Shown piece after piece: positions 49,150 through 59,840 of a stretch of 64,000 nucleotides of DNA (the stretch's first letter is position 1; each line of letters starts with the position of its first letter). Position numbers and translations under genes: made by a program. Below the pieces are notes generated by a model, which saw nothing but the letters and a program-made list of their open reading frames with translations, was not told the DNA's origin and did no database searches. Origin of the DNA: Vicugna vicugna (lineage: Eukaryota); the NCBI GenBank assembly GCA_013265495.1, contig MU057654.1, positions 71,789-135,788 on the forward strand, in the 5' to 3' direction.

Positions 49150-52095
49150 CTAAACTAGAAATTTTTCTGAGACCTTGAAACATTTCAGCAAAGCCTTCTT
49201 CCATCTACTTTTGTATTCTATACCACATGAGATCACACTCGTTCCTGAACTCCATCTAAAATTTTACCTCTGCCCGTAATGTTAACTTTTCCAGTTTCTC
49301 ATACTTTTATACCTGGAATACTTCTCATACTCTGAACCCTGTCCATTGGCTGAAAATACCACTGTAATCTCCATCCTTTGCAAAATGCTTGCCACTGACA
49401 CTCGGCTCTCATCTGAGGACATTTCCTTTTCTTGCGGCTTTTATGGGAAAATTGATAGTCCTTTCAAGCCCCCATACCAGAGTCCTAGAGATGTCTCTGA
49501 GACCCAGTTGCCATCTCCAAATCATAATTTTTATACCCTCATATAAAAACTTCCTCTTGTGCCATCTGACTGTATAAAATTAGCTACCCTTCTTGATCAT
49601 TACTGTCTACCAACCCCCTAGTCATTTCCCTCATATTCATGTCCTTACTACCTATCCTGTCTTTTTCGTCTTCACTGCCTTCAATATCCGTTTATGCAAA
49701 TCACTTAATTCCCTAACTTCATGGATTCTTGGTTGACTCAATTTCAGTTGTCTCCACTTTTCTTTTATACCATGAATACCCTCTCATGACCACATCCTGG
49801 ACACAATCATAATTCATAACTTCAATTTTACTAACATTTTAAACTGTAGTTCTACTTTCTACTTGCCACTTCCTACCTTTTTACTGATGTTTCCTTTCTT
49901 TCCACTAGAATTAGTTTATGGTCTCATAGAGAACTCAATTATTTGACATTCTATTTGCTCTGTCAGCAATCTCCTGTCTTCACGTCCTTCCTTCTCTTGC
50001 CAGTTCATAACTTCAGCCACTTTCTTGCTAATGCACTCAACCCTCTATCCTTCTTGACCATTCTACCCCCTTTCTTGGCAGCATTCAAACCCAATTTATT
50101 TAACTGCTTTTTTCTACTTCACCTGAGGGTGCTAACCACGCTCAGGAAAATAGCATATCTCCAAGTGCATGTGCCTTTATAAGATCCAGTTCTACAGTCT
50201 CAACTTGGCCTTCAGTGCTAGCCAGAATTGCTCCAATGAATTAACTTTTAAAAAAATGCTTCTATGTATCTTTCATTGGCTCCCTTTACCCTTTAACTCA
50301 GTAGTTACTTCGGACATTCACTACTGTCCTTGAGTCCCCTGTTTTCATCATGACCTCATCTACTTGTCAGAGAAAACAGAGTCCAGAACATGGGATTCCC
50401 TAAAGTTCCTCCTCCCACTTTCATGACAGTATCTGTATCTGCACTCATCCTGACAATCTTCCCTAGAAATTTAGTGTAATGGGAAACTTCCTTTTTCAAA
50501 ACTAAATCCTTTATCTGTGTTCTGAAATTATTTTCCCCTCCTGTGACTTCAGGATCTTCTTCCTTAAATTATCCTCTCTCCTCCCTGAATCTTTGGCATT
50601 TCACTATCTACTGGCTTTTTCACATGGCCAGTAAACAAGATGGAGATTCTTTGATCACTGTTTTCACAATCAAGTATTTTTTTAAAGAATTGTCTCTTAT
50701 AGTTATCTACACTTTTCACCTCCCATTGCTTCTTCAACCTACTGTAGACTATAGCCTCCCTATCCCTCCAGTAAAATGACTTTTACCAAGGCTAACTACA
50801 GTAGACACTTTTCAGTCTTTATCTTATTTAAACTCTTTATCAGTTGATACTTCCAACCCTTGATTCTCACTTGCTTGTGATTCTCATCCAATGTGGCTAG
50901 CGCTTCTCAGTCTCTTGCTGTCTTCTTTTCTCTGGCTTTCCCTAATGTATTAGCCTTTCCCATGGTGGGCTTTATTTTTAGCTCAATCTCATTTCACTTT
51001 ATACAAGCTTGTTACATGAGTCCAGTTAGGTCTTTCACCTTAATGGCCACCTATAGGATGATGATTCACAAATCTCAATCTCCTGATCTTGTTCCTAAGC
51101 TGTAGACCCATACATTCTATTGTTTCTAAGACACTCTTCAGGGTTCATCAAACTAGGCATACAAAGTAAAAATCTCCTCCCTTTTCCTTTCCTCTCCTTC
51201 CACTAAATCTGTTTCTCTCTCTCTCTCTTATATTTTCTATCTTAACAAACAACCACATGGTCCAAGTCAGAAATTTGAGAGTCATTTTTGATCACTTCTT
51301 ACTATTCTCCTTCATCCACTTAGCTATCAAGTCCTACCTCCTACTTATCAATTGGATTTGTCCCCTTCTCCTTATTCCTATCATCAGTGCCTTCATTTCA
51401 GCTATTGTTACATCAATAAAACTATGGATTACTGCTAAATTCTTTCAACTGGCCTCTCCCCTTTCTTACTTAAATTGTCCTCAACAGTGCTGTCAAAGTG
51501 ATATATTGCAAATACAAACCTGACTCTATCACTCCTCTGCTTTAAACTCTTCAGCGACTCCCACTGACCAAAGAATAAAGTCCAGACTGCTCGGCATATC
51601 ACCTAAGGCCCTTCATGATTTGACTCCTGCCATTCCCTTCCTTAGTTTCTTCTCTGTGTGCCCTAGACTTCAGCTAAATCCAGTCACCCACTGAGATTTG
51701 AATGGACCATATTCTCTTGTGCCTCTCTGACATCACACATACTCATTTCTTTTGAATTCTGAAATGTTATGTCTAAAATACCCTCAAACTGGTCCTCTCC
51801 TTTTCACCCTTATTTGCCCAGTTTAGAAGTCACTTCTTTGTGAAGGCTCACTGAATCCCCTGTATGCAGTTAATTAGCCAACAGGGATCTCTCCTTTCAT
51901 CCTGGAATATCCTCATAACATTCTTCACATGTATTGTAAGCCTGATTACTTGTCTGTCTACTCCACCAGACTATAAACTCCCTGAGTACAAGGACTATGC
52001 TCTCTTATTTACATTTCTTTCTCCAACATCTAGTACAACTCCTGGAACATAGTAGATATTTAGTAAGTGCATGTTAAATTAATGGATGAATTTGC
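49150..52095 (+). mobile_element. Long L2 LINE remnant
   Basis: ~2.9 kb of CT-rich L2-like sequence ending in the L2 3' signature CCTGGAACATAGTAG…AATGGATGAAT. Confidence 0.85.
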
Positions 52096-52329
52096 TTGTA
52101 TCATAGGAAAAGTCTTTCCCCTGTTTTTGGTTTTTCTCTCCAAAAGACAGAATCCCCCCCCCTTATTTGGTTTTCCTCTCCAAAATAGACAGATTTGTCA
52201 GATTATAATATATTCATTATTTCTCAGAGTTCCCATTTCCTCCTCTTCATCCTCTGCCCTTATTGCTTAAGTGGATGTTTATGTGAAATGGTAGTGGTCT
52301 CCCTTTTCAGATTTGCTGCATTGAATGGT

Positions 52330-52992
52330 ATAGAATGGAGCCTGGGGACAGTGGATGGGAACAGAGGCCTCTGATAAGATTCATCTGGGCATGTGTACCT
52401 GCTTGCCTAGGCAGATTTGAACCAGTTGGAGAAACGACAGCCTATTCCGATTGTTTTGGCTGTTGTGGAGGGTGAATAAACCCTCTTGTTATAGCAACTT
52501 GACTGAGACTTCTATAAAAAAACAAACAAAAAATGAAATTAATGAACAAGTCAAAAAAAACAGAAACAGACATATAGATACAGAGAATAGAATAGCAGTT
52601 ACCAGAGGGGTAGGAGTGGAGAGGGTAAAATGGGTAAAGGGAGTTCAACTATATGGTGTTGGATGGAAACTCAGATTTTGCTGGTGAACACACTGTAGTG
52701 TATACAGAGGTAGAAATATAATGTTGTATACATGAAACTTATGTAATGTTATAAACCAGTGTTACCTCAATAGATAAGTAAATATTTAACAAAATAAAAT
52801 AAAAGATCCCTGCCTGCAAATATTAGGATCATATATCAAAAATCAAGGAGCAGTAATTCTTTGGTACAATCAAAGAAGATGTGTTACTCACATAGGTGAG
52901 GAAATTCTGAGGCAAGACACTAGGAAGATGGCTGTCTGGAAGAAAGTCTGAGAAAGAGAGAGTGCGACAGTGAGAAGTAAGTCCACAGGCAT
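52330..52992 (-). pseudogene. Decayed H2B gene split by an L1 3' end
   Basis: ATG CCT at 52992; QNFLTYV…VP (vs ESYSIYV…HP); YNKR at 52493-52482; LGKQV. Confidence 0.55.
52516..52805 (+). mobile_element. L1 3'UTR fragment
   Basis: AGATACAGAGAATAGAATAGCAGTTACCAGAGG…GTTACCTCAATA plus an A-rich tail. Confidence 0.88.
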
Positions 52993-53199
52993 TTTATAAC
53001 TAGTGGTTAACTGGCTCGTGGGTGATACCTATAAGGACCCTAGTTGGGGTGTGTCGGAGGGTGGCTGAAAGCTTCTGACATGAATCCCGAGCTATCTTTA
53101 AGACTTAAAAGCAAAGTTTTACATTTGAAAAAATATTACAAAAGTGGTTGAACATTTCCTTTTTGCCCCCCTCCCCAAAGGTGCTATGGAGTAATTTCT

Positions 53200-53480
53200 T
53201 AGGGGGAAACTGAACTGATTAAATACTCCAAACAAGTAGGATAAAAAGGAGCCCAAGCAGTTTGGCATTGAGCTGAAGTGGTGGAATCCCACATCCAAAC
53301 CATGAGCCCCTGGTGTGCTGGGAGTGCCTGTTTATTATGATGGAAGTCGCAGGTATTTTCATCCCAGATCCTGTAGAGGCTCCTCATTCGGTATTACTGT
53401 AATGAGATGGATCCAGAGCTGGTATCCTATTTAATAATACTAGCCCAGAGAACTAAACTAAGATCTTTCTTCTTCACTGG
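53200..53480 (+). pseudogene. Decayed H2A gene
   Basis: QF…GVPVY at near-canonical spacing (53258-53335), SQIL* (vs AEILE), DPEL…ILAQ. Confidence 0.55.
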
Positions 53481-54149
53481 AAGATCCACACAGTTGTAAG
53501 TATGGTATCAGTTGTGGAGACTTATATTCCCGGGAAAGAGGAAACTCTAGTTAACCAAACTTTAAAACCATCATATTGGGGCAGGACAGCAGACTTTGGT
53601 GGAAAGCTTCCTTGTGGCATACAGAGTAAATTTGTGGAGGTGGGGCAGACTCAATTTTCAGTGAGTCTCGTTCTATTATTTGCCCTTCATCCAGGCACCA
53701 GTTCAGCATGATTTGTACCAGGATAGAAAACAGATAATAGAATGGGGATGTCATTAAGTTGAAGGTGCTATTACATTTAGGTATTGTATACCTAGACCTA
53801 TAAGTGAGAAGTGCCCATTTATGGCTAGAAAGAGGATGACAAATGGTTAAGGAAACAAATGGCAAATTCTAAAAGAGATTCAGTATATAGAAATATTTAA
53901 TAAAAAACCTGACTTCAAACTTCTTTCTGATTGCATGATAATTGACCAGAGAGTTACATATTTTCCCTAAATATTTATTTCCTCGTCTGTGAGCTAGAAG
54001 TGGATGTACACATCAAATAACAGTGTAGTAAGAGTAAAAGAAAGAATGCACATAACTTAAGCAGCATTGTTCCTGGCATTTAACAAATTCTCAATGTATG
54101 TTAGCTGAACATATAATTACCTGTATTCCTCTCAGCCAACCAGGAAAAG

Positions 54150-54449
54150 AATAAAGATTAGTGGTTGGAGACTGGGGAAGTTAATGCATTTTGTCCAATC
54201 CAGTATTCTCCCCTGGCACTGTTATGTGAACAGACCTGCAGAGATCCTCTGCTGGGAAATGGGCGGTGTGGGAAATTCCTTGCTGGCTGAAATGAAACTG
54301 GTGAGCTCTGGTTGTAGGTAGTTGACATTCTGGCATCCACTGTTTCAGTCTGCATCCAGGCTGCGGTCTTAGGGTTCCTAAGTCCCTGCCCACTGTGGAC
54401 TCTGCTCTGACTTCAGGCCTTTTACATCAACCGACCCTATCAGCACCAT
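54150..54449 (-). pseudogene. Decayed H2A gene
   Basis: RAE..VGRDLGTLR (vs RAG….VGRVHRLLR), SSPVSF, FPAEDL. Confidence 0.5.
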
Positions 54450-54724
54450 GTGATAATGTAAATGTGAAATTGTACTATTTGCAGCCATAATAATAATGTA
54501 AGAGAGAAAAGAGGTTATCACTGAATATGGCTATTAATTATGGGTTTTTTCTATACTTTTCCCAAAACCTTTATTTAAAATAGATTGCAATAGATACTGT
54601 TTTTAGCCATAGGTCAGTGCCATCTGGTGAAGACATCCAATATTATGACAGAGATTTGAGGGGATGTCAGGGGATTTTATGTGTTATAAATATCACATTT
54701 TGTTTTATTTTTTAAAGTTGTGGT

Positions 54725-55095
54725 TTCTTTTCATTTTATTTACTTTAGGGGGGAGGTAACTAGGCTTATTTATTGATTTTTTAAATGGAGGTACTGGGGA
54801 TTGAACCCAGGACCTTGTGCTTGCTAAGCACTGCACTCTATTACCTATTTTATATACAGTAGTGTGTATCTGTTCATCTCAAACTCCTAGTTTATCCCTG
54901 CCCCCCACTTTCCCCTTTGGTAACCTTAAGTTTGTTTTCTATGTCTGTGAGTCTATTTCTGTTTTATAAATTCATTTGTGTCATTTTTTAGATTCCATAT
55001 ATAAATGCTATCTTTCTCTGACCTACTTCACTTAATATGATAATCTCTCCATGTTGCTGCAAATGACATTATGTCATTCTTTTTTTTAACTGAGT

Positions 55096-55139
<44 letters not shown>

Positions 55140-55450
55140 ATACTCTTTATCCATTCATCTGTCAATGGACATTTAGGTTGCTTCCATGTCTTGGCTATTG
55201 TAAATAGTGCTGCTATGAACATTGGGGTGTATGTATCTTCCCTAATTAGAGTTTTCATCTTTTCTGGATATATGTCCTGGCGTGGGATTTCAGGATCATA
55301 TGGTAAGTCTATTTTTAGTTTTTAAAGTAACCTCCCATACTGTTCTCCATAGTGGCTGCACTAATTTACATTCCTACGAACAGTGTAGGAAGGTTCCTTC
55401 TTCTCCACACCCTCTGCAGCATTTATTATCTGTAGACTTTTTAATGATGG
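54725..55450 (-). mobile_element. Young L1 3' region joined to a 5'-truncated Vic-1-like SINE
   Basis: 54843-55450 is L1 ORF2 end/3'UTR lacking its own terminus; 54725-54842 is a SINE lacking its 5' ~20 nt. Confidence 0.85.
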
Positions 55451-55499
55451 TGGCAATAATGAATTTTTAATTTCCCTATATTATTCCCAGCAATGCATA

Positions 55500-55850
55500 T
55501 TATGTTTCACTGTAGAACATAGTGAAAGAACCACTGGTATGGTTATGTTTTTTGACGTATTTCTCAGATATTCAAAGATGTACTCCTTATTTCTTTTTGA
55601 CACCTCTGACTTCTGCCTTAGACGCACTCTCCTGCCTCCTTCTTCTTTCTGTGATTTGGTGAATCAGTAGTTAAAATTCATTTCAGCCAATACTGTCCTC
55701 CTTCCTGTGGCCCAGTGATATAAACAGACCATTTCAGTCAGTAAATTGAAAACCATGGAAAAGTTAATTACAACCATAAGAATGAATGCATTCTTTAAAT
55801 AAGGTTAATGAGTCCAATGTAACATCACTGTTGTGAGAAGATTGGGAAAC
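55500..55850 (+). pseudogene. Decayed H2B-like gene
   Basis: TYF; LVNQ…TISVSKLKTMEKL (vs FVND…TISSREIQTAVRL) in one frame from 55653. Confidence 0.4.
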
Positions 55851-56547
55851 TATGGGAAAAGTCTATCCCATAGCAGGCTTTCATCAGTTGTTACTCTCTG
55901 CCACATTCCACCTCCTCTCTCCTGTGAAAGAAATTACTTTGACATTCACTTAATCGCATTACTGTCATAGAGAGGAAAACAGGAAAGTAGGTGCTTAGTG
56001 TCATAACATATGACTGAGATGACTGAGATTTGGTGGCATTTTTGTGTTATGGCATGTCACCAAATGGAGTTAGGGAATGGGGAGAAAATTAACTAACTAC
56101 TTTCTTTTATTTCATGCATTATCCTCTCTCTTCTTTTTACTGTTTGATTGAACAGCAGACAGAGAATTTTCCATGAAGCCTAAGAGGGAAGAAGTAACTC
56201 CATAATTTAATATATATTTGTTGACTGCTATAGTCCAAAGACAGAAAATTGTAAGTGCCACACAGAGGTCAGCGGGCTGCAGAAAACCACTGCTAATCTT
56301 ACAGGTCCTTCAAAGCCATTGGGTACAAGACTTGCAGAAGAATGTTAAGGCTACCACAAAAACTCATGTTTTATGTCTGTCAGAGTCTATATAAAGAATG
56401 GCTTTTATCTCCATTCTATTTTAAAATGTTTATCGTTGATGGGACCTAAAATATATTCAGAATCCTGCTGGCCACAAAGTCTGGGAAGTGTAATTCATAG
56501 GCTTCCAGATTCTGCAACACAGGGAAGAGCAAAGATAAAGATGGATG

Positions 56548-57100
56548 CCACATAGAAGTGATATCATATGGTATTTTTTGTGGCTTACTTCACTTAGTAT
56601 GATGATCTTCAGGTCTATCCATGTTGCTGCAAATGGCGTTATTTTATTCATTTTTATGGCTGAGTAGTATTCCATTGTATAATTATACCATAACTTCTTT
56701 ATCCAGTCATCTGTTAATGGATATGGTGAAATAAGCCACAAAGAGAAATACTATATGGTATCACATGTAGAATGTAAGAAAAAAAGGACATAAATGAACT
56801 TATTTACAAAACAGACAGACTTACAGACATAGAAAACAAACTTATGGTTACCAGGGTGAAAGGAGGTGGGGAGGGATAAACTGGGAGTTTGGGATTTGCT
56901 GATACTAACTATCATATATAAAATAGACAAACAACAATGTCTCACTGTATAGCACAGGGAACTATAGTCAATACCTTGTAATGGCCTATAATGAAAAAGA
57001 ATATGAAAAGGAAAAGATATATGTATGAATGAATCATTATGCTGTACTCCGGAAGCTAACACAACATTGTAAACTGACTATACTTAAATAAAAAAAAAAG
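56548..57100 (+). mobile_element. Young 5'-inverted L1 insertion
   Basis: 56548-56723 is antisense, 56724-57100 is sense with a poly-A tail. Confidence 0.88.
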
Positions 57101-57379
57101 AAGGGGATGGAAAGGCTTCCCAGGGCTAGCTGACAATATCTGGAAAAGCCCTCTGAGTTTTATTACTCTAACCTTTCTGATTTAAAAACAAATCCCTGAT
57201 TCTCTATATTAACTCTTTTCTGTTTGAAATACCTAGTGCAGTTACTATTTTGCTGACTGAATCCTGAGTGATGCACAGTCCCCAGAGATTCTGATTGAAT
57301 AGTTCTTATACAATGGATTGTGATTCATATTTTGAGGAACAGTGCTTTTGAGGGAGTTCCCCCTCCCATAGTGAAAGGA

Positions 57380-57650
57380 ATAAAATTACACTCCCCTTTT
57401 TATGCTTACCTTGTCCTACTGGCTATTTCAGTGAACTATTTCCTGTCCATGACCTACCAAGTAAGTTCTTTGATGAGTAAAAGCTGCACTAACTTAGAGA
57501 AGGACAGAATAGAAGATTAGAGAAATGACTCAGGTAATAGTGGATCAATTACTAAGCCACAAAAACAACATAAAGATATGTCCTTAAGAGCCCAGCACTC
57601 CAAGTTTCTGAATTTGCTATTTAGCTCCAGCCAGTTGTCGCCAGTCAGGA
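57380..57650 (+). pseudogene. Tentative H2B-like remnant
   Basis: YAYLVLLAI (vs YVYKVLKQV), LMS…DRI. Confidence 0.35.
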
Positions 57651-57899
57651 ATCCACAACTAATACTGCCAATCTTCAAATGACTTTAAGAGATTTTTTTC
57701 CTTTCATGTGAAATGCCTCTTTTAAATGTTGACCAGGAAGTAAATAAATAATTGTGTAGTTAAAACGAAACATATCTGTGGGCCAGATCTGAGGACTTAG
57801 GGACCCAGGCCTAGGGACCACTAGTTTGCAGCCTTTGCCCTAGGACTTTACTGTGCTGGATCATGAGGAGTTAAAATAAAACAAACTACCTTTTGTTAC

Positions 57900-58460
57900 A
57901 AAATGGTCCCAGGCTATGCAGAAGAGAGTCACACAAAAATATGCACGATATAGGTGTAGCACAGAGGAGGGTGTAATTAAGTCTAAGCAAGGACAGAACA
58001 TGTTACCTGGAGGAAGTGATCTATTACTTGGGTTTCAAGGGATATGTAGGGATTCAGTAGGCAGGTGCCTAATGTGGGGGAAGGGGCATTTCAGGAAGAA
58101 GGAGCAACATATACAATAAAATTACATCATGAAATAGCATAGTTTTTATAGGAATCTGTAAAAAGATTTCATATTGCTGAATCATAAACTAAAAGCAGTG
58201 TGGGGAGGTGGGGACTGTGGAAGGGGACAATAGGGAAGTGAAGGGGAGACTAATAGTGTGAAGCTGTGTCCCTTGTCCAACAAGCAGAGGGGGGGCAATG
58301 ATAAATGGCAACAATATGGAAATAGATTGGAAGGATTGAGATCAGAGGAAAGGAGACCAATGGGACAGATTTCACAGTTCTGGTAAGAGATTATGAGAAC
58401 TTGAAATAGGTGAATGGAACTGAGACTGGAAGGGAGAGCATATCCAAGAGAAACTTTTGC
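57900..58460 (-). mobile_element. L2 fragment
   Basis: GA-rich antisense L2-like sequence (GGCATTTCAGG…GGAGACCAAT…GAACTTGAAATAGG). Confidence 0.6.
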
Positions 58461-59049
58461 ACAGATGCACCAGGACACATACTCATCAACAGGGAAATGG
58501 ATGGATATTGTACATCGTTGACAGTAAATTAAACTGTAGTGAGTGAACTACAGCTACATAGATGAATCATAGGAACAAAATTTTAGTGAAAGAAACAAGT
58601 CCCAAAATGCTAGCTAGAAAAATATATCATTTTTTCTGAGATTTTAAAACAAAAAACTGAACAACATTGTGTAGACATACATCTATGTGCTAAGAATTAT
58701 GGAAATAATATAAATCAAGATATTGATTTCTTTGGGAAGTGAAGTTGTGGAAAAGATGATGAAATTTAAATTATCAGTAATATTCTAGTTTTTTTGTTTT
58801 GTTTGTTTTGTTTGGTACTGGATTCCTATGTTTTTATTGTAATTTAGATGGGTAGATCCATAGATAAGCCGTCCTTTAGGGTCCCTGATGAAAATAAGTC
58901 ATGACCAAGGCTTCTGCTTTTTTTTGTTCACTGTACTGAGGGCTGTAAGATAGACAGGAGACGAATTTTTGAGGTATTTTTGAAGTGGAATCAGCTGGTT
59001 TTCAGACATTTTCCCCCCTTTATTTGGTTTTAGATTAGCTCTTCCAACG

Positions 59050-59840
59050 GAGGACGCCTCACTGTGTGAGGCCACGTGCTTTTACATCCCGCGCTTTTTG
59101 CCCTTTGCCCTTGGCCACCGTCGCGTCCCCTCCAAAGGGAGGCGGGTGACGCCACGCTGTGGGGGAAGGGGAAGGGTGGCCCGCGAGTCTGAAGCGTTCC
59201 TATTGGTGGAGAGAAGGAGCGAAAACGAGGCTTGAGCCCAACCGAGGAAAAGAGGGGTGAGGGGGCGGGGCTAAGCGGGAGGCGGGGCTATAGAAGCTTA
59301 ACGGGAGCGAGGCGCAAGTGCAGTTGTCGGCGCGTCGCTGCGATGGCCGCGGCGCCGAGCCCAGTCACACCGCTGGCGGCAGAGTCTTCCCCTCAGGAAG
59401 CTACCGTCTCTGCCGCCTCCTACACCGCCTGCGCAGCGGCGGCGGCGGCGGCGGCAGCGGTTGTGCCTGCCTCCTCCGCCACCACCCCTGCCTGCCCGCC
59501 TGCCGGTGGCTGTGGTGACGGCGGCGGCGGCGGCTCCACTATGGCGGCGGCGGGGCGGGGGGGCAGTAGTTTTAAAGTAGACACCCGCCCTTGCCTCAGA
59601 GAAGGTGAGTTCCCGTCCCGGGGTGTGGGGGCGGCCCCATCTCCTTTGCTGCCTCTCTTCTGCCCGTCCGAGATCGGACTGGGCGCGGTTCGCCTCCGCC
59701 CCACCCCCCACCTGCTGTGGCGCAGTAATGGCCAAGCTTGCCCCGCCCCGCCCCGCCCCACCGTTGTAGCCAGTGTGTCAGCCGGACTGAAGCAGAGAGG
59801 GGCTTTCCTACCTCCACCTCCCCCGAAATGGATCGGAGGG
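59050..59840. promoter_or_regulatory. CpG island promoter
   Basis: Abrupt CpG enrichment; E-box CACGTG 59073-59078, TGACGCCA ~59147, ATTGG ~59202, GC boxes 59261-59287, TATAGAA ~59289. Confidence 0.93.
59343..59604 (+). CDS. ZMAT1: First coding exon of zinc finger matrin-type 1
   Basis: MAAAPSPVTPLAAESSPQEA…GGSTMAAAGRGGSSFKVDTRPCLRE matches the ZMAT1 N-terminus as I recall it; phase-1 donor AAG|GTGAGT at 59604/59605; second in-frame ATG at 59541. Confidence 0.82.
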
